50,958 nt of DNA from Verrucomicrobiota bacterium (GTDB lineage Bacteria > Verrucomicrobiota > Verrucomicrobiia > Opitutales > Opitutaceae): the NCBI GenBank assembly GCA_039797805.1, contig JBDKHE010000127.1, positions 1-50,958 of the forward strand, given 5' to 3'. How positions within the stretch are numbered: the first letter of the stretch is position 1; the number at the start of each line of letters is the position of its first letter. Position numbers and translations under genes: made by a program. The notes beneath the pieces are model-generated. The model saw nothing but the letters and a program-made list of their open reading frames with translations, had not been told where the DNA came from and ran no database searches. This document shows, in pieces, positions 25,976 to 34,672 of the stretch.

Positions 25976-27486
25976 GCAGCGTTACAGGTGGCCTTGCCGG
26001 CGGCTGCTATCTGGGTGCGTGGGCCGCATGGCTCTGCTGCCCGCCGCCGCTTGACCGGGTCATTCCCGTGGCTGGCGGAGCCGTCGCGAGTTGGTTGCTC
26101 TACTGTGCCCTCACGCGGAGCGAACCGAACCGGGTGGTGCTCCGGCTGTGGGGCCTGGAGTGGACCCGCGACGAGGTGTGCACCCACTTTTTCATCACCG
26201 GGGCCACCGGCACCGGGAAGACGGCGCGGGCCGTCGTGCCGATCCTGCATGGGCTGCGGAAGACCCTGCCGAATACGGGCATCCTCGCGATTGATTCCAA
26301 GGGGGCCTTGTGGAAACCGCTCAGTGAAATGGCCCGGGCGCTCGGCCAGGAGGATGACCTGCGGTTGATCCGGGTGCGGCCGACGGAGGTGGCCCGGGAG
26401 GACTGGACCCCACCCTTAACGATGAGCGTTCTGGCTGATCCCAAGGTGCCGCCCTCGACCTACGCCAAGATCCTCGTGGATACGGCGACCGCGGCCGGCC
26501 AACGCGGCGGCCAGGCGTTTTTTAAGGAAACCGCAAAGGATGCCATCACCCACGCGATCATCGCGTTGGATTTGGTGGATCTCGCGGTCACGCCCGAAAA
26601 CGTGCACAATGTCATCTGCATTTCCGAAGACCGGGAGGACCTGCTGAACCGGCTGGGCAAACTGACGGGCGCGGTGGCGAAGGCGGAAAATCAGTTCTTC
26701 GCAGACTTTCACGAGCAGCCGCCGGAACAGAAGAGCGGCACGGTCTACACCGTCGCCAATTTTCTCCGACCCTATACGCCGCCCGACATCTCGGAGGTGT
26801 TCTGCGCCAGCCGGCCGAATTTTTCGCTCGATGAACTCGACCGGGGAAAACTGATCTGCCTGTCGATCCCGCAGACCTACCAGGTCGAAAGGAAATACCT
26901 GAATCTCCTTTGCAAGCAGCTCTTCCTGCTGCACGCCTTCCGGCGGTTCGATTTGCGGCCGGAGGAAATGCGCCGGCGCAACGTCATCGCGTTGGTGCTG
27001 GATGAAGGTCAGAAAACAACTCTGGTGTCTGAGGACGGGTTCTCGGACCACCTTGCGGTGGACGAGCTGCGCGAGGCGGGCGTGTGCCTCATTTCCGCGA
27101 CGCAGACACCGTTGTCACTGTATGCATCCTTCGACGTGCCCAACAAGGCGGACGTGTTCATGGCGAATTTGAGAACCCAGGTGCACTTCCGGGCGGCCGA
27201 TGAGAAGGGCGCGAAGATCCTGTCCGAGAAGATGGGCGGCCGGGAGGCCCGTAAATACAGCGGCGGCCATACCGCCGGGAAAGCCATGCGCAACTGGCAG
27301 CTTTCGGACATGCCGTGGTTCAAGCCGGCGGAGCTGTTGGCACTGCCGGAGGGCAAGGCGCTGATTCGTCATCCCCGGCGACCGGGCAAGCCACTGCTGA
27401 GGAAGCTGCCCTTTAGCGGATTCACATTAGCCAACGAAATTCATGCCGGCGTCGACCCCGCCGTTCCGCCCAGCATTTCCCAATAA
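25957..27486 (+). CDS. virD4: Type IV coupling protein (VirD4/TraD/TraG-like)
   Basis: Two N-terminal TMs, HFFITGATGTGKT (Walker A), IDSKG, LVLDEGQ (Walker B), REAG...ATQ, L.ALPEGKA. Confidence 0.9.
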   Translation: MVLARLGSVTGGLAGGCYLGAWAAWLCCPPPLDRVIPVAGGAVASWLLYCALTRSEPNRVVLRLWGLEWTRDEVCTHFFITGATGTGKTARAVVPILHGLRKTLPNTGILAIDSKGALWKPLSEMARALGQEDDLRLIRVRPTEVAREDWTPPLTMSVLADPKVPPSTYAKILVDTATAAGQRGGQAFFKETAKDAITHAIIALDLVDLAVTPENVHNVICISEDREDLLNRLGKLTGAVAKAENQFFADFHEQPPEQKSGTVYTVANFLRPYTPPDISEVFCASRPNFSLDELDRGKLICLSIPQTYQVERKYLNLLCKQLFLLHAFRRFDLRPEEMRRRNVIALVLDEGQKTTLVSEDGFSDHLAVDELREAGVCLISATQTPLSLYASFDVPNKADVFMANLRTQVHFRAADEKGAKILSEKMGGREARKYSGGHTAGKAMRNWQLSDMPWFKPAELLALPEGKALIRHPRRPGKPLLRKLPFSGFTLANEIHAGVDPAVPPSISQ

Positions 27487-28742
27487 GGCTGGGGCCAGGA
27501 ATTCCCATAGACTTCCTTCACCGTGGCTAGGTGCTCGGGCGACGCGGACGTTTCGATGCTCGTCAAATAGGCGAAGAACGCCTCTTGGTCGGCCTTGCGC
27601 AGGGAAAACAAACGCGCCTGGCCGGCCAGCTCGCGTTTCAACTCGGGCTGATCGGTCAGATGCGCGACTTCCTTGTCGACGAACATCGCGTTGCAGAACG
27701 GGGCATACGCGGCGATCACTTCGACATCGTTGAACAGGCTGCCGCTAAATTTCTCCGGAGCCCGGCCGCGCCGCACCTCGCGGGCGAGCGTGGCCCAGAA
27801 CAAGGCGCTGACCCGCACATAGGGCACCGCCTGGGCGGCGGGCGACGTGAAGAAGCCCTGCAGGCGATTGATCCGCCCGGGGTCATCCGGCAGCAGGGCG
27901 GCCAGCATGTGCGTGATCAGACTGGCCGAAGGCGGCGGAATGAGTTCGCCGAAAACGTAGGGCCGCTGGCCTTTCGAGACGGCGGTGAAACGCTGCTGGT
28001 GAGCGATGAATTCCTCCCACGGCCCGAGGGCAATCACCCTGGCCTCGCCGGTCAGGACCTGCTGAAAATCAAAGTCCGGCGCTTGCTGCCAGTGGCGGCA
28101 GACGCGCTGCATCCGTTCGTCCCGTTCGGCGCCGATGTTGCGCAAGGCGTCAGCGAGGCCGGGCAACGTGTAATTCAGCTCGATCCGCAGGCGGTCGGGC
28201 CAGACGTCGCTTCTGCCTTCGAAGGCGAAATCCGCCTCGAGCGGCTCCGGCGGCTGATTGGCCAGCCAGCCGTTGAAAGCGCGGAGCATTTGGGCGTGAA
28301 AGATCGTGGCCGGCGGGTGCAGGCCGACGCCCCAGGAGAGATGCCCCAGGACACGGCGGAGTTTTTCGTAACGCGGATCGACCACCGATTCGTCGCGCTG
28401 GACCGACGATTGGGGGCAGAGTAGCAGCTGGAGTTTGCTTAGGCGATCCAGCCGGTCGAAGAGCTTCCGGTAGAAGCCGTCATTGGTTCCTTTGGCGGCG
28501 GGGGCGCTCGCCGGATCGAGTTCCTTCATCACGTTGCTGATGACGAACTGGTCGAGATAGAGGATCTTTTTGTGCAGTGGCGGCAGCGCGAACCGCTGGT
28601 CGTGGGTGCAGCGCTTGCAGCGGCGGGTGTAGTGGCGGTCGTGAATCGACAGGACGCCAAACTGCTCCTCCCCGCATGCCGGGCACTTCACGTAGGGACC
28701 ATGCACGAAAAAAGTGCCTTTCCCGGGCCGGTGGGGAATCAT
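27441..28742 (-). CDS. Zn-ribbon plus PIN-like domain protein (putative nuclease)
   Basis: CPAC...CKRC N-terminus; ILYLDQFVIS, S..QRDE, NDVEVIAAYAPFCNAMFVDKE match the PIN-fold acidic pattern. Confidence 0.65.
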   Translation of the reverse strand: MIPHRPGKGTFFVHGPYVKCPACGEEQFGVLSIHDRHYTRRCKRCTHDQRFALPPLHKKILYLDQFVISNVMKELDPASAPAAKGTNDGFYRKLFDRLDRLSKLQLLLCPQSSVQRDESVVDPRYEKLRRVLGHLSWGVGLHPPATIFHAQMLRAFNGWLANQPPEPLEADFAFEGRSDVWPDRLRIELNYTLPGLADALRNIGAERDERMQRVCRHWQQAPDFDFQQVLTGEARVIALGPWEEFIAHQQRFTAVSKGQRPYVFGELIPPPSASLITHMLAALLPDDPGRINRLQGFFTSPAAQAVPYVRVSALFWATLAREVRRGRAPEKFSGSLFNDVEVIAAYAPFCNAMFVDKEVAHLTDQPELKRELAGQARLFSLRKADQEAFFAYLTSIETSASPEHLATVKEVYGNSWPQPYWEMLGGTAGSTPA

Positions 28743-29641
28743 GGCGGAAGTTCGAGGACCAGCCGGGACTCCCTCACCCTGATGTCGCCCGAGGCGGCGC
28801 CGGCCGTGAGGAGCGATCGCACGACGGCGTCCCGCAGGTGCCGCTCGACAGTCTGCCGGAGCCGACGCGCTCCGACGTGGGGATCGAAACCCTCGCGCAC
28901 CAGGAATTCCAGCGCCTCACGCGAAACCTGCACATCATGACCGAGGGCACGCAGCCGGCCCATTTCATCGGCGACCCGGAGAGCACACACCTCCCGTTGC
29001 ACCTCCGGGCTGAGCCGGGCGAAAACCCATTTCTCCTCGATGCGCTCGACCAGTTCCGGCCGGAGGGTTTGAGTTAACCGCCGCAGGATGGTGCGCTCGA
29101 CGCTGGCAAAAGTAGATTGCTCCATGCGCATCGCCTCGGCGCCGCCAAGGTTCGAGGTGAAGGCCAGGTAGAACGGCGCCACGGAAATACGCTCGCCGGT
29201 GGCGAGAGTGACGTGACCGGGGTCGAGCAGCTGGAGGAAGATATCCCACAGGGTCGGATGGGCCTTCTCCAGTTCATCGAACAGCAGGATGCCGCACGCC
29301 CGGCCGCGGAGAGCCCGGCCGAAATCGCCCGGGTCGTCACGGTCCGCGCCTAGGAAGCGGGCCACCGCATCGGGGCGGGCATATTCCGAGAGGTCAAACC
29401 GACAGCGGTTTTCCGGTCCGAAAAGGTAGTCGCCGCTCAGGAGCACCAGTTCGGTCTTGCCGGTGCCGGTCGGCCCGATGAGGAGACAGGAGCCACGGGG
29501 ACGGCCGGGGGAGGCGAGGCCCAGCTCGCCGCGCTGGAACGCGGCGGCGGCTCGAGCCAGCAGGTGGTCCTGCCCGAATAGCCGGGAACGCAGGTGGGAT
29601 TCCAAGCCGGCCAAGTGCGCCCGGCGCTCCACGGGGCTCAT
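28739..29641 (-). CDS. Single-domain ClpB/ClpA-NBD2-like AAA+ ATPase
   Basis: LFGQD, GPTGTGKTEL, FDLSEY, ILLFDELEKAHP, FTSNLG, RPELVERI, GFDP.VGARRLR; no N-domain or NBD1. Confidence 0.9.
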   Translation of the reverse strand: MSPVERRAHLAGLESHLRSRLFGQDHLLARAAAAFQRGELGLASPGRPRGSCLLIGPTGTGKTELVLLSGDYLFGPENRCRFDLSEYARPDAVARFLGADRDDPGDFGRALRGRACGILLFDELEKAHPTLWDIFLQLLDPGHVTLATGERISVAPFYLAFTSNLGGAEAMRMEQSTFASVERTILRRLTQTLRPELVERIEEKWVFARLSPEVQREVCALRVADEMGRLRALGHDVQVSREALEFLVREGFDPHVGARRLRQTVERHLRDAVVRSLLTAGAASGDIRVRESRLVLELPP

Positions 29642-29643
29642 GA

Positions 29644-30090
29644 TTACTTCCACCGCAGTTCCCGGCCGTCGGGGAACTCGTTGAGATAGGCGGTGAACTT
29701 GGGCAGGAACATCTGCCAGTCGAGCCGCACCTGGGCCAGGGCGCGAATGAGTTCCCCCTCGGAGGAAGACACCTTACGGGCTTTCACTCGTTCGGTGGCA
29801 GCCTTGATCTTGGCCCCGTCCTTCACGGGCAGGCGCAGCGTCAGCGGGCGATCACATTTGTCATCGGGCGGCAACGCTCCACCCGGACGTTCATAGCGCG
29901 AACGGAGGATGCCGAGAGCTTCGAGATCGATCTCCGGGGTGAGATGCACCAGGGCACGCATCAAGTCGGAGCGGTCGAACTCCAGCTCCGGATTCAGCCG
30001 CCCAAGGGCGGCGGTGCTTTCGTTCAGGGTCTCCTCGTCCACCGAATACATCCGGTAGGTGACCTTCTTCTTGTTGGCGGCGGTTTCCAT
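29644..30090 (-). CDS. Single-chain tandem ribbon-helix-helix DNA-binding protein (inferred)
   Basis: Internal duplication VTYRM...RSDLMRALV and LTLRL...EGELIRALA; start trimmed to METAANKKK. Confidence 0.65.
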   Translation of the reverse strand: METAANKKKVTYRMYSVDEETLNESTAALGRLNPELEFDRSDLMRALVHLTPEIDLEALGILRSRYERPGGALPPDDKCDRPLTLRLPVKDGAKIKAATERVKARKVSSSEGELIRALAQVRLDWQMFLPKFTAYLNEFPDGRELRWK

Positions 30091-30155
30091 GGAGAAAAGT
30101 AAACGACAGCGGTTTTGTTTTGACAAGCGGAAATAAAAGAGCAGTCGTTTACTCC
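30091..30155. promoter_or_regulatory. Divergent promoter of the tra/pil operon with an inverted operator pair
   Basis: Perfect TTGACA 30120-30125 flanked by AGTAAACGACAGC (30098-30110) and GCAGTCGTTTACT (30141-30153), a 12/13 inverted match. Confidence 0.75.
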
Positions 30156-30467
30156 ATGCTACTTCTCGGCTCCTTCCAGTTCGGCCTAAAGAAAGCGCTG
30201 CCGCTGTCCGCCTTCGGCCGGCCCTTTATCGCCCAAATCCAACAGTTGAAGGACGGCTTCGGCCTGGCCCTCACGGTGCTGTTCATGTTCGGGTTCATCT
30301 GGGGAATCGTCAAAATCTGGTCCGGCGCGAACGCCATTGCAAAGGGCGACCCGGACGGAAAAGCCGGCATCGTGGCCGGGGTCATCATCGCGGCGGCGGC
30401 CAGCATCATGGCGGCGCTCTTCGCGATCTTCGGGCTGGAGGATGCAGTGATCAAACCGCGCTTCTGA
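30156..30467 (+). CDS. virB2: VirB2/TrbC-like conjugative pilin
   Basis: About 100 aa, leader then two hydrophobic helices; first gene before VirB3/VirB4. Confidence 0.7.
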   Translation: MLLLGSFQFGLKKALPLSAFGRPFIAQIQQLKDGFGLALTVLFMFGFIWGIVKIWSGANAIAKGDPDGKAGIVAGVIIAAAASIMAALFAIFGLEDAVIKPRF

Positions 30468-30468
30468 C

Positions 30469-30792
30469 ATGGAACTCCGGCATACCGATACGAATGCAGC
30501 AGACGATTCCCGTGGCCGGGTCTTCGGGCTCGACGGCAATCTCTACCTGCCGGTGGTGATTGCAGCGGTGGCGGCCCTAGCGCTTTTCGCTGTTGTTGGA
30601 CTAATGCTGCACCTCGGCTGGGTCGCGGCCGGGGTGGTGGCGGGCACACCGCTCGCGCTGGTGCTGGCCTGGGCCGTGTTCCTGCGCAACGGACGGCCGC
30701 CCGCCTATGACCGGGACTTGATCGAGCAACTGCTAGGCGGGAGCAACTTCAGCCGCAGCGCCAAACCGCAGCGGGGGCTGACTGAGCCATGA
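30469..30792 (+). CDS. virB3: VirB3-like membrane protein
   Basis: Two TMs, VFGL motif, coupled to VirB4. Confidence 0.7.
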   Translation: MELRHTDTNAADDSRGRVFGLDGNLYLPVVIAAVAALALFAVVGLMLHLGWVAAGVVAGTPLALVLAWAVFLRNGRPPAYDRDLIEQLLGGSNFSRSAKPQRGLTEP

Positions 30793-33404
30793 GACCCCAC
30801 GCCGAGGCACCCAACGGAGTGTTCGCCGAGGACCTCCTGCTCTACGGCTCGCTGGAGCGCGGCGCGATCGCCGTGAAGGGCTTCTGGATTGAGTCGCCCG
30901 ACCTGCGGGGCGCCAGCAATGAGCGGAAGAACGCGTTTCAGGACCAAGTCCGGGCGCTGTTTGCGCTCGTGTCGCCGGGACGCCGGCTGCAGGTGCAGTG
31001 GTCCTGCGACGCGGACTACCGGCGTGAGTTGCTCCGCTATCACGCGGAGACGCAGCAGACCGCGCATCCGGCCATCCGCCGGGTCCGGAACGAGCGGTTC
31101 AGCCGCTACTGGCGGCGGATGCACGCCCGCGAACTGCGGCGGGAGCGGCTTGCCATATTTCTATCCATCGAGGTCACCGCCTATTCGGGCAATCTGGTCA
31201 CGCGCCGGAGTCTGCTCGACCGCTACCGGAAGCTGCTGAAGGAATTGCAGGCGCAGTTCGCAGAATTCGCCGGAGCCGCGCGTGCGATCTTCGGGCCTGA
31301 CACCCCCGTCCGACCCATGGACGATGCGGCGCACTGCGAGTGCCTGCACCGCTTCCTCAATCCGGGGCTCGCCCGGCGGGACGCGGGTGCGCCTCCCTGC
31401 GATCCCGGCCTGACCATCCAAGAGAACTGCTGGCTCGCCGACGGTGTGGGCCAGCCGGACGGCGGGTTCCATCTCGACGGGCACTATCACTGTGTTTTGG
31501 TGCTGACGCGGTGGCCGCACGGCACGAAGCCGGGCATCGTCACTCATCTCACCGGGCTGCCATTCCTTGACTACCAGATTTCGGTCAATGTGACGCCCGT
31601 CGAGACCCGCGGGGAGATCCACCGGGAAGAGCGCGCGATGGAGCGGCTCGCCGGCGAATACGCCGGGGAGAAGCGACACTCCCTGTGGGTCGCGCTCCAG
31701 AAAAAGGAGCGCAAGATTGAGAGCCTGGCGGGCGGCTTCGCCCGGCCGTTCCGGGTCGGCTATGTCATCCGGGTGTGGGACGCCACGCGTCAGGGCCTGC
31801 GCGACAAGGTGAGCCAGTTGCAGGCGGCCATCCATGCGATGAATGGTGCACAGTATTACGAATGCGCGCGGCCGACGACGGCGAAGAAACTTTTCTTCGG
31901 ATCATGGCCGGGCTGGACCCACTCGTCCTACCGGGACTGGGACCTGTATGCCGAGGACGCCAACCTGGCCGACCTGCTGCCTTTCTCCAGCACCTTCACC
32001 GGCTGCCTCGACACGGCCGAGGCGCTTTACGATGGCGTGAACCGGAATCTGGTCGGCGTTAGCACGGCCATCGGCGGTTCGCCGCAGCACGCGGTGGTTT
32101 TCGGGATGAGCGGAGTGGGCAAATCGGAGAAGATGCGCGACCTGCTCCTCCAGACGGCGGGGCACTACGCCTACACGCTGATCGTCGAGGAGGGACTCTC
32201 CTACAAATCTTTCACCGAGGAGTTGGGAGAAACGCCCATCGTGGTTCAGCCCGATGCGCCGCTCACGCTCAATTACCTCGACACTTTGGGCCTGCCGCTC
32301 ACGCAACTCCAGGTGGCGAGCGCGGTCGCGTTGTTGGCACGCATGACCGGCGAGCCAGCCGATGCGGAGCGGCAGGCCCTCCGGCAGGCGCAATTGGCGC
32401 AGTATGTGCACCTGCTCTACCAAGACGCGTTCGCAGACTGGTCGCGGTCGCATCCCGAGCAGGCACGCGAGGCCAGGCGTCTGGCCTGTGCCGTCCACCG
32501 CTGGCGCGAACGGATGCCGGCGGGCACGACGGCTCTGGAGGCTTACGCCGAGCTACGTGATCGGCGGAACGCGCATGACGCCGAGACGATGGAATTCGTC
32601 GCCCGGTTGGACGAGGCGACGATCACGAAGTTCGCGCAGGACCCGGCCACCGCGCGGCTCGTGGCGCACACGGCGTGCGCCTTCTGGACCCCGGCGGATT
32701 TTCCCACGCACGGGGCACTCGTCGAGCTGCTGGCCTACGGTCGGCTGCCGGAGCATCCCAAGGAGGAGACCGACCGGCTCGCGACGCTGTTGGGTGCCTG
32801 GACCGCGCGCGGGCAGTTCGGCCGACTCTTCGACGGCGTCACCAACGTGTCGCTGAAGCGCAGCGTCGCACATTTCGAGCTGGGGCTCATCCCGGAACAG
32901 GCGGTCGAATTGAAAACCGCGGCCGGACTTCTCATTTCCGGATTTGCGCGTCAGCATATCCTCGGGCTGCCGCGGGCGCAACGGAAGCGGATCATTTTCG
33001 AGGAGGTCGCGCGGTTCCTCGATGTGCCGGGCGGCGAGGCGATTGTCGCCGAGAGCTACGCCCAGCTGCGGAAGTTCAACTGCTGGGCGGTCAGCGTCGT
33101 GCAGCAATACGCCCGCTTCCGTGCCTCGCGCGTGCGCGCGGCCGTTATTGGTAACGCAAAACAATTCTTTTTGATGCGGCAGGCGGACCGGAGCGACCTG
33201 CTCGACCTTGCGCGTGACCTGCCGCTGCCGGAAAGCGCGCTGGAGGTCATCCCCAACTACCAGCTGCCGGAACAGCAGCCGGCCGGGCACCGGCATTCCT
33301 CCGTGTGCTATTTCCTGCCCACGGCTCAGCCGCCGCAATGCGGCACGCTCCTTCACATCCAACCCCCACCGGAGGCGACCCATGCGTCTGTGCCTGCCGC
33401 TTAG
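30789..33404 (+). CDS. virB4: VirB4-family conjugative ATPase
   Basis: HAVVFGMSGVGKS (Walker A), IVEEGLSY, GRLFDG, RIIFEEVARFL, QLRKFN...VVQQ, IGNAKQFFLMRQ. Confidence 0.92.
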   Translation: MRPHAEAPNGVFAEDLLLYGSLERGAIAVKGFWIESPDLRGASNERKNAFQDQVRALFALVSPGRRLQVQWSCDADYRRELLRYHAETQQTAHPAIRRVRNERFSRYWRRMHARELRRERLAIFLSIEVTAYSGNLVTRRSLLDRYRKLLKELQAQFAEFAGAARAIFGPDTPVRPMDDAAHCECLHRFLNPGLARRDAGAPPCDPGLTIQENCWLADGVGQPDGGFHLDGHYHCVLVLTRWPHGTKPGIVTHLTGLPFLDYQISVNVTPVETRGEIHREERAMERLAGEYAGEKRHSLWVALQKKERKIESLAGGFARPFRVGYVIRVWDATRQGLRDKVSQLQAAIHAMNGAQYYECARPTTAKKLFFGSWPGWTHSSYRDWDLYAEDANLADLLPFSSTFTGCLDTAEALYDGVNRNLVGVSTAIGGSPQHAVVFGMSGVGKSEKMRDLLLQTAGHYAYTLIVEEGLSYKSFTEELGETPIVVQPDAPLTLNYLDTLGLPLTQLQVASAVALLARMTGEPADAERQALRQAQLAQYVHLLYQDAFADWSRSHPEQAREARRLACAVHRWRERMPAGTTALEAYAELRDRRNAHDAETMEFVARLDEATITKFAQDPATARLVAHTACAFWTPADFPTHGALVELLAYGRLPEHPKEETDRLATLLGAWTARGQFGRLFDGVTNVSLKRSVAHFELGLIPEQAVELKTAAGLLISGFARQHILGLPRAQRKRIIFEEVARFLDVPGGEAIVAESYAQLRKFNCWAVSVVQQYARFRASRVRAAVIGNAKQFFLMRQADRSDLLDLARDLPLPESALEVIPNYQLPEQQPAGHRHSSVCYFLPTAQPPQCGTLLHIQPPPEATHASVPAA

Positions 33405-33618
33405 TCTGCTGCTGTGCGCCGGGTGCGCCCATCCGGCCGGGCCCGAGGCCGCCGTCAACCAGGCGGTGAAGGCGCGGTATTGGGCGATCCAAGAAGCGCA
33501 GCGGGAAATCCCACCGGCACCGGCCGCCCGTGTTCGGCTCCGCCAGCCGGCCCGGCTCGAGGACGGCGCCCTCCGCGTGCCTTCGACCGTGGAAATATTC
33601 CTGCCCCACTCCCCATGA
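33382..33618 (+). CDS. Small lipoprotein (VirB7-like)
   Basis: MRLCLPLSLLLCAG-C lipobox; overlaps both neighbours. Confidence 0.65.
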   Translation: MRLCLPLSLLLCAGCAHPAGPEAAVNQAVKARYWAIQEAQREIPPAPAARVRLRQPARLEDGALRVPSTVEIFLPHSP

Positions 33619-34430
33619 AACTGATCCCCCTCGTTCTTCTCGTTGGGCTCACTAGCCCGGCCTTCGCCCAATGGGTCGTCACCGATCCCGCCAACACGGC
33701 GGTCAATGCCGCCATCAAGGGCAACCAGATCGCGCAGCACGCCGAGACCATGCGGCAGTGGGCCGAACAATTGGAGAAACTGAACCGGCAGATCAGGCAG
33801 GTCGAGGACCTGCTGGCCACACAGCGGTTGATCCGGGACGTCATGGGCGACCCGGCCCGGGCCGGGGACCGCGTGGTCCGCCGCACCCTCGGCGAAACCG
33901 AGTTTGTAAAAACCTACGGCGAAACGATGGACGCCATGCGGCGGCTGTCCGACGCGGTGGGCTCCCTCAAGCGCACCTCGGAGGGTATCTATCGCGCCTT
34001 GGACGACCGAACCTCGTTGGGTGCCAGCTTCGTCCGGCAGCCGGAGCTCTATCGCCGCTATGCAGCGGTCGAGCGCCAGGGCGACAACGTCGGTGCCGTC
34101 CTGGCCGCCACCGACGCTGACATCGCCGCGGTGCAGACGGACCTGGCGGCGGCCGTCAGCGACCTGCGAAACGCGCCGACCCAGGCGGAAACCGAGAAGC
34201 TGCACGCCACCATCGATGCGCTCAACGGGCGGCTGGCCGGACTCGCGGCCCGGCGGAGCGAGGAAACGGACAAACTCTTGGCCGCCCAGATCCTCAACGA
34301 GAACCAAGCCGAGAAGGAACGGCGGGACTTGCAGGAAAAACAGATCGCCGAGGAGCGGCAGTCGGTGGCGGCAGCCAACGCCTGGCAGCGGTCGCTGCGG
34401 CTCACCCCGACCAACTACACGCGCCCATGA
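33615..34430 (+). CDS. VirB5/TrbJ-like secreted coiled-coil protein
   Basis: Signal peptide AFA-QWVVTDP.N followed by Gln-rich coiled coils. Confidence 0.75.
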   Translation: MKLIPLVLLVGLTSPAFAQWVVTDPANTAVNAAIKGNQIAQHAETMRQWAEQLEKLNRQIRQVEDLLATQRLIRDVMGDPARAGDRVVRRTLGETEFVKTYGETMDAMRRLSDAVGSLKRTSEGIYRALDDRTSLGASFVRQPELYRRYAAVERQGDNVGAVLAATDADIAAVQTDLAAAVSDLRNAPTQAETEKLHATIDALNGRLAGLAARRSEETDKLLAAQILNENQAEKERRDLQEKQIAEERQSVAAANAWQRSLRLTPTNYTRP

Positions 34431-34672
34431 AAAAAATGGCGGTCTATCTTCTAGTCTTACTCGTCGGCATCGCCTTGGGCGGCTGGCTCATGTGGCGGCG
34501 GCAGCCGCGTCCGGTCGCGCCGGCCGGGATGCAACCGGCCGATGCGTGGCAGGGTTCGATCAAGCTGGACCGGGGCGGCAGCTACACGCCCGACGAGGCG
34601 GCAAAGAAACGCCTGCTCGAAAAACTGAAGGCCGAGGAGGAGCGGCAGCGCCCGCAGGAGCGCCGGAACTGA
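34427..34672 (+). CDS. Small membrane-anchored protein between the VirB5- and VirB6-like genes (entry-exclusion position)
   Basis: N-terminal TM, charged tail, coupled on both sides. Confidence 0.6.
   Translation: MKKMAVYLLVLLVGIALGGWLMWRRQPRPVAPAGMQPADAWQGSIKLDRGGSYTPDEAAKKRLLEKLKAEEERQRPQERRN

Noticed and set aside
29396-29412. Extra CGACAGCGGTTTT match to the operator motif
   Set aside because: Inside the ATPase coding sequence and lacks the GTAAA half; probably chance
32553-34307. 584-aa minus-strand ORF
   Set aside because: Antisense to virB4/virB5-like genes; no motifs
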